DNA of 63,813 bases, filler included, from Choristocarpus tenellus KU-1152 (taxonomy: Eukaryota; Protista; Phaeophyceae), in the NCBI GenBank assembly GCA_964200185.2. It is 10 parts of 10 records of this genome, joined end to end, with 100 filler letters (N's around TTAATTAATTAA, not from the genome) between each part and the next. Parts side by side here need not be neighbours in the genome. Positions count along the whole stretch, not along the records: positions 24,876 to 32,164 come from CAXNAD020006399.1; positions 32,265 to 39,764 come from CAXNAD020006062.1; 8 more parts are not named here. One strand, written 5' to 3'. Below the pieces are notes generated by a model. That model did no database searches. It had not been told where the DNA came from and saw only the letters and a program-made list of their open reading frames with translations. The position numbers and the translations under genes are program-made. Below are positions 25,144 to 37,312 of the stretch, in pieces. The number at the start of each line of letters is the position of its first letter. Position 1 is the stretch's first letter.

Positions 25144-25400
25144 GAGTGAAAGTATCTTAGAGGGTACGAGTTTTACCCTGTTTGTCCATTTGGAGCTTGG
25201 CTTTCCATGGGGTTTTAATGACATTTTCCTACTTGAAAAATGTTCGGAGTAGGTAAATTGTATACATTATGAAAGTTGTGTCCAGAACATGGATATTGAC
25301 ACTTCCTAACAAATACGAGGGCAAAAACTACATCAAAATCGCAACATTGGATTTTGTCCCCCAAATGGACGCGGCTCTACCCTCTAAGATACTTTGGCTC
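25144..25400. mobile_element. MITE family A, full 257-bp copy inserted in copia gag
   Basis: TIRs gagtgaaagtatcttagagggta / taccctctaagatactttggctc with TSD AAT. Removal gives HENNGSP, collinear with HDNNGSP in copia copy 2. Confidence 0.93.
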
Positions 25401-28400
25401 AATAATGGCAGCCCCGATGGGAGGGCAGCCTGGCTCGAATTGGAAAAAATTTATGGGGGACGCGCTGCAGTTCAGCGGCCCATGTAGCTCATTGCTCTCG
25501 AAATGAAGCTGCGCGACATGTACTGCTAGTCAGTGGAGGATGCTGCAGACTTCGTCATTCGACTCGATCATGTCTGGACCGAGTACGAGCAGCTGGAGGC
25601 AGCAAAGGAGGACCACGGCAAGAAAGGGGCTTTAGTCATAGGCATCAGAGAAAGCATGTCACAGGTATTTGCACAGCTGTCAACATCCCCAGAACTCACA
25701 TATGTTCAATTGAAGAACGCCATCATCTCTTCCTCTTCTTATATGACCACGGAGGTCACAGGAGACACAACTAGGAGCTCGGGGGCTATGGCGCTCCACA
25801 CAGGAGCAGAAAATCAGAAAGGGATAAAGGGGTCCAGGAGTGGCCTCGATTCGAATCAATGTGCCTTCTGTTTAAGATTTAATCACAGGTGGCGAGAATG
25901 CCGCTCGTACTTGGCTGGCCAACCTCCTGCTAAGCGCCTCCAGGGGATGGCGACACCAAACGTTCCATCACCACCAACCAGCGAAAGGAGCAGTGGTGGC
26001 AGAGGCGGAGACAAGGCTTATCGCCAGGGCTCATCGCAGGTATTTCTAGCCATGAATGTTTCTGTGGGGGAGGATATATACAACAGGCTAGTCGAGGCAG
26101 CGCTCCTGTCCTCATCTCAAGATATGCCCAAGCCATTAGCCTACTCTGCGACTCAGGTGCAAACGTACACCTTACCCCTCGACTGCAGGACCTCACTGCA
26201 GCCACAGCCATAGAACGCACCTGCACATTTGGCAACAAAGGTACATTGAACGCGCGAGCTATTGGTGAGATGGTCCTGGAGGCAACCAACAAGACTGGCT
26301 TCGCCCACCAAGATTGTAATCCAGGATGTACTCTGGGTACCAGGTCTGCCATGCAGACTTATTAGCACAGGCAGTTTGCGGCGCAAGGGAGGTGAATTTT
26401 TAGACTCTGGGATCAGGAGGAGTTACATCAAGCCTAATAAGACGGCAGCCAAGATCCATTTAGAGGAGAAGGGAGCCTTCCTGATGCTGAGGGCCCAGTT
26501 CCAGGCAGACAAAGGGAAGAAGGGCCAGGCAAAGGTCAATGCTAGCTATGCCAATAAGCAACAGCGTCTCTCCCTCTTCGACTGGCACAACATCATGAGT
26601 CACCCCAACCCATTCGCGATAAAGCCCCTGGAGAAACGAGGTCTCCTGGACATCTCAGATACTACAGTCGCCTCAGAGCTTCACTGCAAGGAATGCAAGG
26701 AGTCCAAGTCCGAGGCACTCAGTTACGCACGGGGTGGCCGCAGTCCCAAGACAGTGGGGGAGGTGGTGCACACAGACCTGGAGGGTGAAATATTTTCAGG
26801 TGTCCGTGGACGAGGCCAGCAGGGAGTAGCGTGTGATAGGTCTGTGTACCAAGGACGCCGCTACAGCAGCCACCGCTGCCTACATATACGAAATGGCTCT
26901 AGATGGGGTGATAGTGAGATGCATCAGTGGGGATAGAGCTGGCGAGTTCGGGAGGAGAGTAAGGTTCCAACGCATGCTAACAGAGCGAGGCGTAAAATGG
27001 TGCAAGACCCCCCCACGCACGCCCCAGAGCAACGGAATTGCTGAGCGAGCAATCAAAAAGGTGACGCAAGCGGCACGCAGCCAGCTGATTCAACCTGAAC
27101 TGGGGGAGGAGTTCTGGTTCTTCGCGGTAGCAGATGCCACATTTAAGACCACAGGCATGCCATATGAGTACCTGGGCGGTGAGACATCGTGTGAGCGCTT
27201 CCGTGTGTTCGGGACGGAGTGCTTCGTACACCAGACCAAGCAACAGTGCGGCGCCAATGCCAAATTTCATCCATATGCAAAGAGGAGGATACTTGTTGGA
27301 CACGACGGAGCGTCACTGTGCTGGCACGTGTGGATCCCACAGGAGGGTAAGCTGGTAACCTCAGCACAGGTCAAGTTCCAACCTGAAGCTCAACTGTTGT
27401 AACTGGTGGGGGAACTTGAACTAGACATACTGGAGGAGTCAGAATACGATGACGACATGAACAGAAATGATGAAGGCCAAGAGGAGACTGATACCACAGG
27501 GAACGAGGCACAAGAAGAAGAGGATGCCACAGAAACTCAACTGAGAATGCAGGACAAAACATTGGTCATAGGGCTCAAGATGCAAAACGACCCCATCAAG
27601 TCAAGAAATTTCTCCCAGGATGGGACAACGCCAGCTCATGGATAGGGCAGCGCAGATGGCAGCCAAGCGCCTGGTCCCACACTCTGGACAGCGGAGATCT
27701 GCCAGGCTGGAGCAGTGCCAACGGGTAGCCTATACATCTCCGTGTAACCAGGAAGAGGATGAAGAAATGGAAATGAACCACTTCGTATCAACCCTTACAC
27801 AGCAGGACAACCATGACGCATACTGCTTCATGGGTCTCATTGGGGGAGTGGGAACAGGTACGGGTGAACCAACTACAACAAAGGAGGCCTTGAGTGGGTC
27901 GGATGCAGAACAGTGGCAAGAGGCCATAGCGAAGGAAATGACAGGTTTATGGCAGAAGGGGACTTTTAGTGACAAGGCCCTGCCCCGAGAGAGGAAAGCG
28001 GTCAAGACAAGATTTGTTTTCAAAATCAAGCGCTCTGCAGACGGGATGGTGGAACGATATAAGGTGCGACTCGTGGCTCGTGGCTTCACCCAAAATGCTG
28101 GAGTGGATTTCTTTGAAACCTTCAGCCTGGTGGTGGGATACGACACACTACGATGCGTCATATCAGTCGCAGCGTACAGAGGTTGGAGCATCGACGCCCT
28201 GGACTTCACACAGGCCTACCTCAATGCAGATCTGCAGGAGGACGTCTGGTTGGAGCTTCCTGATGGCCACACCGTCAAGGCAGAGAAGGCAATCTATGGG
28301 CTGAAGCAGTCAGCCATGGAATGGTATCATGAACTAAGGGGCACTATTCTTGCAGAAGGGTGGACAAGCAGCCAGCACAACGAATGCCTCTACATCAAGA

Positions 28401-29445
28401 AGAGTGAAGACGGACACATCGCCATCCTCACTACCTACGTAGATGACATTGCCACCACTGGGGACTTCACAGAGGAGATCCAAAGGATGAGGGCATCACT
28501 GCTGGAAACGTACGAGGGGCGAGACCTAGGTACGCCTGATAAGCTGATTGGGGTGGGCATCACTGTGGGTGAGGATGGCATCACCCTGGACCAACAACTA
28601 TATGCAGAACGTATTGTCATGGCCGGGATGGGCTCCATGGAAGTACGAGAAACATCCACACCACTGGACCCTGGGATGGACCTCTCTGCCAGGCAAGAGT
28701 ACGAAGAGGAACTGGATCCTACTATATACCCCTATGCCAATATCTTTGGCCAACTCATGTTTTAGCAGGCATGACTCGCCCGGACCTGGCCAACAGCGTT
28801 CGTGAACTGGGGCGCAGGGCGGCGTCTCCATGCATGCGACACTGTCGCGGACTGCAACACGTTCTGCGCTATGTATCAGGAACACTGGACGTCTGCATCC
28901 ACTATGGTCCAAAGGATAAAGATATAAACGAGGGGGACGAAGAACTCCTGGTGGGGTATGGAGATTCTGACTGGGGAACAGACTCCCAAACACGCAGGAG
29001 TGTCACAGGCTACCTTCTACTGTTCCACAAGTCACTGATCGCCTGGCGCTCAAAACTTCAAGGTGCCGTCACCCTCTCCAGCTCAGAAGCAGAGTGGACG
29101 ACAATGGCATACGGCATGCACCACTGCATTTCAAAGCATTCTGGGGGAGATTGGCATATTACGGGATCAGACTCCCTGGTTCTGTGACAATCGTGGTGCT
29201 ATCCAGGCGAGCAGCATCGCAGGGTTCAACGGGAGAAAGAGACACGTGGACATGAAGCTGAATTGCATCAGGGAATACGTGGATCAGGATCTATTCCATG
29301 TAGAATACGTTCCAACGTCAAGACAACTAGCTGACATTTTGACTAAGTCTTTGCGTAAGAGTCTTACTTCTAATTTAGTGCATTCCGTGCTTTCGCGTCG
29401 GGGGTGAGCTTTTGTCAGCAACTTTGCTGCACGCTCATGGGGGAG

Positions 29446-29824
29446 TGTGCAATATAGGCTGGTAGTCTATATGGTTTATATTTGTTTAGTGACCACCACT
29501 AGGCAACAGAAATGTTCACTAAGTAGAATAATTTTCAATTACTTAATTCCGTGTGCTTAGAGTAATAGGTTCGAATCATGGATGATTGATTTCGTATTAC
29601 TCGATATAAATGATTGGCGGAATATTACTGACGTAGTACTAGTTGCACAGGATAAGTGATAGTACGACCAACGGCAGGACGCATTTTTGATGTGTCTGCT
29701 GACGGGTGCAATAAGAAAGTAAGAGAGAGCACCCCCCACCTCAAGGGATAGTGCTCACTCCGCTAATAAATATATCCATACCGCACAAAGCAAAGTTTCT
29801 ATTGGAATAGCTCTCTTTTGCATA
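29446..29824 (+). repeat. 3' LTR of copia copy 1
   Basis: Starts TGTGCAA immediately after the PPT and ends TTGCATA; its 3' half is homologous to the reverse complement of 31920-32120. Confidence 0.85.
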
Positions 29825-32121
29825 GCATGCCTGTGGTCTTGTATGTGGTGTCTGCCACCGCAAAACCAGAATTCCTCCCCACGTCCAGCATGTATCAACT
29901 GGCTGCGCGCCGCTTGCATCACCTGCTTGATTGGCTGCTCAGCAATTCCGTTGCTCTGGGGCATGCGTGGCGGGGTCTTGCGTCATTTCATGCCCCGCTC
30001 TGTCAGCATGCGTTGGAACCTTACGCTTCTCCCGAACTCGCCAGCGCCATCCCCACTGATGCATCTCACTATCCCCCCATCTCAAGCCATTTCATCTATG
30101 TAGGCGGCGGTGGCCGTGGTAGTGGCGTCCTTGGTACGCAGAACTATCACACGCTACTCCCTGCTGGCCTCGTCCACGAACAACTGAAAATATTTCATGC
30201 CCATCATGTCCGGATCGAAGGGTCCCTCCAGGTCTGTGTCACCACCTCCCCCACTGTCTTGGGACTGCGGCCACCCCGTGCGTAACTGAGTGCCTCTGAC
30301 TTGCACTCCTTGCATACCTGGCAGTGGAGCTCTGAGGCGACTGTAGCATCTGCGATATCCAGGAGGCCTCGTTTCTCCAGGTGCTTAATAGCGAATGGGT
30401 TGGGGTGACCCATGATGTTGTGCCAGTCAGAGAGGGAGAAACGCTGTTGCCTATTGGCATAGCTAGCATTGACCGTTGCCTGGCCCTTCTTCGCCTTTTC
30501 CACCTGAAACTGGGCCCTTAGCATCAGGAAGGCTCCCTTCTCCTCTAAATGGATCTTGGCTGCCCCCTTGTTGGGCTGGATGTAGCTCCTCCTGATCCCT
30601 GAGTCCACAAATTCACCCCCATTGCACTGCGCGCTGCCTGTGCTGAGAATCCTGCATGGCAGACCTGGTACCCAGAGCACATCCTGGAGCACAATCTTGG
30701 TGGGCGTGCCCGTCTTGTCAGTTGCCTCCAGGATCATCTTGCCGATTGCTCGTGCGTCCAGTGTACCTTTGTTTCCAAAAATGCAGGTGCGTTTAATAGC
30801 TGTTGCTGCAGTGAGGTCCTGCAGTCGTGGGGTAAGGTGCACGTTTGCCCCCAAGTCACACAGTAGGCTGATGGTCTTGGTCTTGGTCAGATCTTGAGAT
30901 GAGGACAGGAGTGCTGCCTCGACCATCCTATTGTACACGTCCTCCCCTACAGACACATTCATGGCCAGGAATGCCCGCGATGAGCCCTGGCGATCAGCCT
31001 TGCCTCCACCTCTGCCACTGCTGCTCCGTTCCCTGCTTGGTGGTGGTGGAAATTGTGTTGCCGCCATTCCCTGGGGGCGCTTAGCAGGAGGTTGTCCAGT
31101 CAAGTACGAGCGGCATTCTTTCCATCTGTGATTAAATCATAAACAGAAGGCACATTGATTCGAACCGAGGCCACTCCCGGACTCCTGTCTCCCTGTCTGC
31201 GCCTCTGCACCTGTGTGGAGCGCCATAGCCCCCGAGCTCCTAGTTGTTTCCCCTATGACCTCCGTGGTCATGTATAAAGAGGAGGAGATGATGGCGTTCT
31301 TGAGTTGGTCATAGGTGAGTTCTAGAGCTGTGGACAGCTGTGCAAACACCTGCAGCAGGCTTGTCTCTGATGCCAATGATCAGAGCTCCTTTCTTGGCGT
31401 GATCTTCTTTGGCTGCCTCCAGCTGCTCATACTCTGTCCAGACATGATCGAGGCGAATGACGAAGTCGGCAGCGTCCTCCACCGACAAGCAGTACATATC
31501 ACGCAGCTTCATCTCGAGACCTATGAGCTGCATGGGCCGCTGGACCGCAACGCGCCCCCCATGGATCTGCTCGAACTCAAGCCAGGCTGTCCTCCCGTTG
31601 GGGCTGCCGTTATTATCATGTGTGCTGACCACACCATCGCTGTAGCCCCCCTCGTGGCCTGGTCGAGCAGGAACCACAAGGCCTCACGATGCTTGATGCA
31701 CTCGTCGTACGCGCCACGTTCCCCAAACGATGTATCAGCCGTGGGAGGTGCAGGAATGCGGTATGCTGGTTGGAGGATGCGGTACAGTCCCTTGCCACCT
31801 GCATGACTCACCAGGGCCATCCGCCATTCTGCCCACCTCTCCCTTGTATGCCCCCGCACTACACTCTATAGTGGCAGCTTAGGTGGGTCCGCTTCTACAC
31901 CAATGAGGTTCATATAGCCTATGCAAAAGAGAGCTATTCTAATAGAGTCTCTGCTTTATGTGGTATGGATGTATTTATTAGCGTAGTGAGCACTATCCCT
32001 CGACGTGGGGGGGGTGCCCTCTCTTATTATCAATTGCGCACGTCAGCAGACACGTCAGCAGACACGTCAGAATGCGCCTATGTCAGTCACACTACGTCAT
32101 ATGTTCTAATACGTCAGTCAT
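29825..32121 (-). mobile_element. Ty1/copia copy 2 (same family; partial 5' LTR, gag, protease and N-terminal integrase), interrupted by copy 1
   Basis: Reverse complement closely matches 24876-27165 (e.g. GSNQCAFCL, LLCDLGANVHLTP, WHNIMGHPN). LTR 31920-32121; gag ATG at 31913. Confidence 0.93.
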
Positions 32122-32164
32122 GAGCCAAAGTATCTTAGAGGGTAGAGCCGCGTCCATTTGGGGG
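32122..32164. mobile_element. MITE family A, truncated, inserted in the copia copy 2 LTR
   Basis: gagccaaagtatcttagagggtagagccgcgtccatttgggg is the reverse complement of 25358-25400. Confidence 0.85.
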
Positions 32165-32599
32165 NNNNNNNNNNNNNNNNNNNNNNNNNNNNNNNNNNNN
32201 NNNNNNNNTTAATTAATTAANNNNNNNNNNNNNNNNNNNNNNNNNNNNNNNNNNNNNNNNNNNNGGCACTTTTCGCAAGAAATTTCTACGCGCGCGCCAA
32301 ACTCGCGTGAATATCTCTGGGATGTTGTGCCAAATCGCCCAAATACGAGAATTCCGGTACAAAAGCCTATTTTATTGAGCATGTCGAAAAAAGCTGTACA
32401 CAAGTGCAGATTTTTCTATTTGTTTCATAATATCTGGCCCAAAATAGGGGCACCAACTGTATGTGCGGATTTTTTCGTGGTAATGAGGGGTTAGTATCCT
32501 AAACCTGTAGCAGTTTGTAGTGCTATAGGAAGTTGTAAACCGCAAGTGTATTCTCAACTCAACTAAAATATGGAAGTTGGATATATTGGGGTGACTGAT

Positions 32600-34494
32600 A
32601 TGCTACGCGCCACTCTCGTAGTTGCGTTCACTCTTTGGTCTTTAGACCCTGTGCCAGTGAGTGGGTTCCTTTCGCCACCTCAATCATGGCGGAAGCATGG
32701 TCAGTTTGATACCACGGTCCAAGGTAGTGGTCATCGGGTAGGGAACTTCCATACTGGAGGAGCAGGGGGGTTGAGGGCCGAGCTTTGTGTCACTCGAGTG
32801 GAAAGTGTTTGCGAAGGGTGTGTTGTGGTTGCTAGCCCCAACGACTACGGCCACTTCACTGCTGAGGTGGGATTGTTTCTTGACAGCTCCATCGACATAC
32901 TCTTGGAATCTACGAACAAACTTGAGATTTGAAAAATGCAGTGTTACTTGCGTTCTTCTTGTTTCTCTCGACATCGCGAGCAATCAATGTGATGAAGCGT
33001 TACTCCTATTCCTGGCAGGCGGTTGGACTTGTTTACGAACACGGAGCTGGAACCACGAAGGCGGTTTGTCTGGACAGGGGGACTCCCTTCACGATCGGCG
33101 AAATGGCTAATGCTGACTTTGGACCTCTGACCGGCAATCGACTCTACCGTGGGGGTGAGGCGAGTGGAAAATATTTCAGCTCTGTCACACTATGGCCGAC
33201 CTAGCACACATCTTCGCTCATCTCCAACCAGCAAATCACACGAGTTGGTCTTGTGTGATGTGACTGCCAAAGCTCGGGGCACTCTAAGTTCACCTCGATC
33301 TCATCAGCTACTTCACCCAATCAGAGTTACTGCTATTAGAACAGCTGGAATGGTAAGCTTGCATTGCTTTTGTTGCACCGTGCCCATATCCTTATCCCCA
33401 ATAACGATCTGCAGGATGGACAAACCGTAGCTGTCATGATACATCCACATTTCATTGCGGGTGCCAAGCCCATTGGCTACACTGGGCTATTTGTTGGGGG
33501 TCTATCAGCGGCTCTGGAGGCGGTTAAACTCGGCAGGCTACCAACTGAGGACTTTAAGTTTTTTTTTAACTACATGTCATGGCCTGAGGGTGGCCTTGAG
33601 GAACAGGTATGAGGTTTACTGCAGTGTGTAGTTGTGTTGTTGGGGTGTAGGAAAGGACTTTAGGCTCCCTTGAGCTGGAATGCTGTACAGGCAATATCCG
33701 TGGTATTATGTTCCAGTGAGTAAGCTGCCAACTTAGTGCTATGGTTCATGAGAACAGTTATTGTTTTGATGACATTTGTGACTTGTACATTATTAAAGCT
33801 GGAGGATCCTGCACTGCGTTACTAATTAGGCGTACTCATATCCGTACATTGTTTTGACTAATGTATATATGTCTTGTCATTGAAGTGCGGCGACTGTTGT
33901 GCTGGGCAGAACAGTTCAGGTGGTGGCTTTGAGGCTTTTGTGATTTTGCCTGAGCTCTTTTTTTGTAGAGTTCTACACATAGCAAGTTTGGAATTGCTCT
34001 TTCTTGTGTAAAGGAAGAACCGTTGTGCTGAGGGCAAACAAAGGCCTCTGCACTATTGATACTGCGATGCTCCGTGTCTCGCTAGTTTTACTCATTGCAA
34101 GGGTTTTTTTTACTGCATATTCCGAAAACACTAGCTGCTCTGCCAGTAGGGATAGGAGACATATACTGTTGTTTGTTCTGTGTACTGCTTACGAGTGTAA
34201 CTTCAACCGTGGATGAACAAAGCTGCCCCCCTGGTTATGCATAAACGTTCCTGGTAGGTGAAGAAGGGGAAATGGCAGCTAGTCAGCATACCTAATGAGA
34301 TAATCCTCAATCAGCAGAGTGTGGGGGACATGGAGCTTTGGTGAGTTGAGCATCAAATCTAAAATCTGTGAGGTATTGGTCTAAAATGCAGCAATCGAGT
34401 TGTTCAACTGTAAACCTTACTGTATGACCTTAATGTGCTGCACGATTGTCACAGGGGACGCGTTACACGAACATTAGCAAGAAGCACCACATGA
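32600..34494 (+). CDS. DUF179/UPF0301 (YqgE/AlgH-like) protein, probably plastid-targeted
   Basis: Exons 32600-32866, 33019-33159, 33415-33606, 34258-34340 and 34455-34494 (last exon less certain). Motifs HF..AVGLVYEH, LYRGG, GLFVGG, DFKFFFNYMSW..G.LEEQV..G.W, LW. Signal peptide followed by SG|F (ASAFAP-like). Confidence 0.85.
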
Positions 34495-35801
34495 AACTGA
34501 GAAGGGGAATGTGCTTGTGTTGTGCATGTACTTCTCCAAATGACAACTAAATTGCCCGTTGGCATGGCCATGGTAATGTTGACCCGTCTGACTGGTGAGG
34601 GGTCCTTGCCAGAGGTGGGAAGGGATGGATGGGCCAAACATTGATTGTGGTGAACAAACCCTATCAATAGTACTGTGCTTCCAAGTACAAAAAAAATTAA
34701 TTCTTCTGTATATTACAGTAAGTACTTGGTGATATTAGTTGCTGTACACATGCATCCATTTGTATGCAGCATGGGAATGGATAATGTATTTTTACTTCTT
34801 TAAAGTGTAATTTCCAGGTGGAACTGGTTATCGTGACAGAATGTGCACACAGACAAGAAGAGATATCAGCCAAAAAAATGATGCCCCTTAGAGAAACTGC
34901 TACAGTTCTTGGCAGTGTTGATGAGCATACCGGAAATGGTGTGGAAGAATATCCAACTAAACACCAGGGCCTTCTCTGGGTAACATCTTCTGACAATCTT
35001 CATATGGTCTAGCTCTGCTTATGCTTCCAGTGAACAAATCTACTGGGATAAGCAGAGCAACTGCGCTTGGTAATCTTTGGTTCATCGGAGTGGTCACTCC
35101 ATGTATACTCAAGTCTTCTCAATACAGCCTGTAGACAACATGGGTTTTTCCGTTGTATTACTGTGTCACCTGTAAGGCAGGTTAATGTTTCTACTCAACG
35201 GTAGATCCAGGAACAGTGGGCATTTCCCAAACAACAGTCATGCGACTGAGTTGGTTGGATGTTTCTGATAAACAAAAGCACCAACACCTACCACAACGAA
35301 TATACTGAAACTCTCTCTAGAAATGTTCATCCCTTGTGATTTTAGATTATAGAAATTAATTCTTGATATATGACCTGTGCATGTAACAATACAATACAGA
35401 GGTTATGACTTAGCCTTAGTGTTAGTGAGGGTTGCTGCTCTATGCCTGATTAGGAGTGATAAGTGAGGTGCAACACCTCTGATCCTTTGGCTTTGCCGTT
35501 CAGCAAACAGAGTGGTGTGTTTGAGATGGGGATGAGCAGTGATTGATCTCCTTACCACTGCCCAACATTTCAAGTATTTTGAAATAAACCGAGGATCCCA
35601 GCATAGAGTGTTATTGTGACTGGGAGCAATTGTTCATAATCTGGGATGTGAAAGCTGCTCCTACGAAAGTAGTTGACACTTCCCCCTCCAGTTGTCAAAT
35701 CTGCATTACTTTGTACAAGTTCTCATCATGCAAATGACGTGCCACTGTAGGTTCTTACACCCTTCGTGAATGGGCACACTGTAAGTGATCAACTGCCATG
35801 T

Positions 35802-37154
35802 CTAGATACCACCGCCCATCTCTCGCAAAATTCGCTTCTCCTCCTCAACATAGCTTTTCCCCCGTGATGCTTGTCCCTTGTCTCGCTTTTCCTGGGAGGA
35901 GTTAGTGAGGTTGCAGTAATGATACCACTGTTGCAAAAGATCCACAGAAGCGACTTACACACAATGCTGGGCAAGGCGATCGATGGAAAGATATATTTGA
36001 TCTACTGTAAGGTAACACGGCAAGAGCTGACCTACTGAAGATCACATTCAGCCCTACAACTAGCCATCATGCTAACAGGGGATTAGGGAGGGAAAAATGA
36101 TCCACATATTTCTTCAGGAAAGGGTTCAGGGTGCATAAATTTAGTTGGTCTCTTGATGATATTCACATCCCTCAGGAGGAATCATATCACTCTGGTATGA
36201 AGGAAAATCCTATTTTATTGTGTAAGAGGGAACCGTTTCTGCAGATGTATTTATGTATATAGTAACGGAATCGCGCACTGATACCTTCAGAAGGCAGGAG
36301 GCACATGTGGGTCACGATGTGGAACACGCACAAGCTCTACTATCCCAAGGGCACTCTTCAACTCTTAGCACGATTTCCTTAACTGTTTGACATGCTTCAC
36401 CATTTTACCTTATCCTGCAAGATTTACATATACATTGTAGTGATAAGCGTAAGGGTGGGTAGGAAGGGATGAAGTGGCATAGGGGAGGTACCTTTTCCCG
36501 TTGCTTGAAGTTCTTGCCATCGACTTTTGCCTTGGCATCGGAAGATCGCTTTTCAGTCTCCAACTGCTTCTGACGCTTGACGCTTACATCTGAAGACCAT
36601 GCCCCAACATCCTCGGTCACAATGTTAGGACGCGACATCTGAGGTGGTATCATCCCCTGTGACTTTGAATTCAGGTTCGTCACATTGCTTGATCCTATTC
36701 CAGACTTCCCGATCGTTCCCCCCGAGACCTCCCCACCCTTTCCAGGTCCTTTTCTTTTCTTCACAATAGGGTTAGGAAGTGGTGCCGAAATAGTTGCTGG
36801 CATGAAGGACGCGCTATCTACAGAGTCAAATAGATCTGCAGCAGAGGGTAGAGTGACCTGGGGCAAAGTGTTGCAGGGGTGAGACAGTAGTGTACTTTTA
36901 AACATCTCCAACGTTAGCAATACCACCAAGGGGTACCACACTGACGCTTCCACACGGGAACAAATAGATTAAATAGTAACCTTGAAAAGGTTGTATTGCC
37001 AATATTGTCGTGAAGATATCACTCGCAACTATACTTCTCTACATTTTGTGGGATGGATTCGTACCTTTGATTCCTCCGAAAATGTCTTTTTCTCCTCATC
37101 GCCACTAGATTCGCCTTCGTCGGAAGACCCTCCATAGTCTCCAACCAAGGACAT
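35802..37154 (-). CDS. C1orf52/UPF0690-like small nuclear protein
   Basis: Exons 37154-37065, 36857-36492 and 35891-35802. Has MSLVGDYG.SSDE, LPSAADLF and the C-terminal KQREKEKRDKGQASRGKSYVEEEKRILR motif of this family. Confidence 0.75.
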
Positions 37155-37163
37155 TGTGGCCAT

Positions 37164-37312
37164 GTCTATGACTAAGTCCAACAAATGAGTTCAAACTTTG
37201 AAACTTTGTGCTCGAGGGAGTTAATAGTGTGTTGCATGGGATTGACCTTCAGTTTCAGCTCGAACACACTACCACCCTCATCAATTTCTGTACAAGAAAC
37301 CTGTCGGTGCCC
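37164..37312. promoter_or_regulatory. Putative bidirectional promoter (~150 bp)
   Basis: Divergent start codons at 37154/37163 (-) and 37313 (+) on the same contig. Confidence 0.5.

Larger units (their letters stand above)
24876..29824 (+). mobile_element. Ty1/copia LTR retrotransposon, copy 1 (defective; 5' LTR lost in the gap)
   Basis: Domains in copia order: gag Zn knuckle CAFCLRFNHRWREC; protease LLCDSGA (frameshifted); integrase WH..MSH..C..C and VHTDL; RT (ARGFTQ, DFTQAYL, YGLKQS, YVDD); RNase H (GDSDW, CDN, ADILTK). PPT atgggggag at 29437-29445. Several stops and frameshifts. Confidence 0.96.

Noticed and set aside
25269-25487. 72-aa ORF starting inside MITE A
   Set aside because: Chance ORF fused to a gag fragment; not seen intact in other MITE copies.
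36409-36414. 6-nt microexon (cag|GATAAG|gt) in the C1orf52-like gene
   Set aside because: Not needed for frame or motif; unsupported without transcripts.
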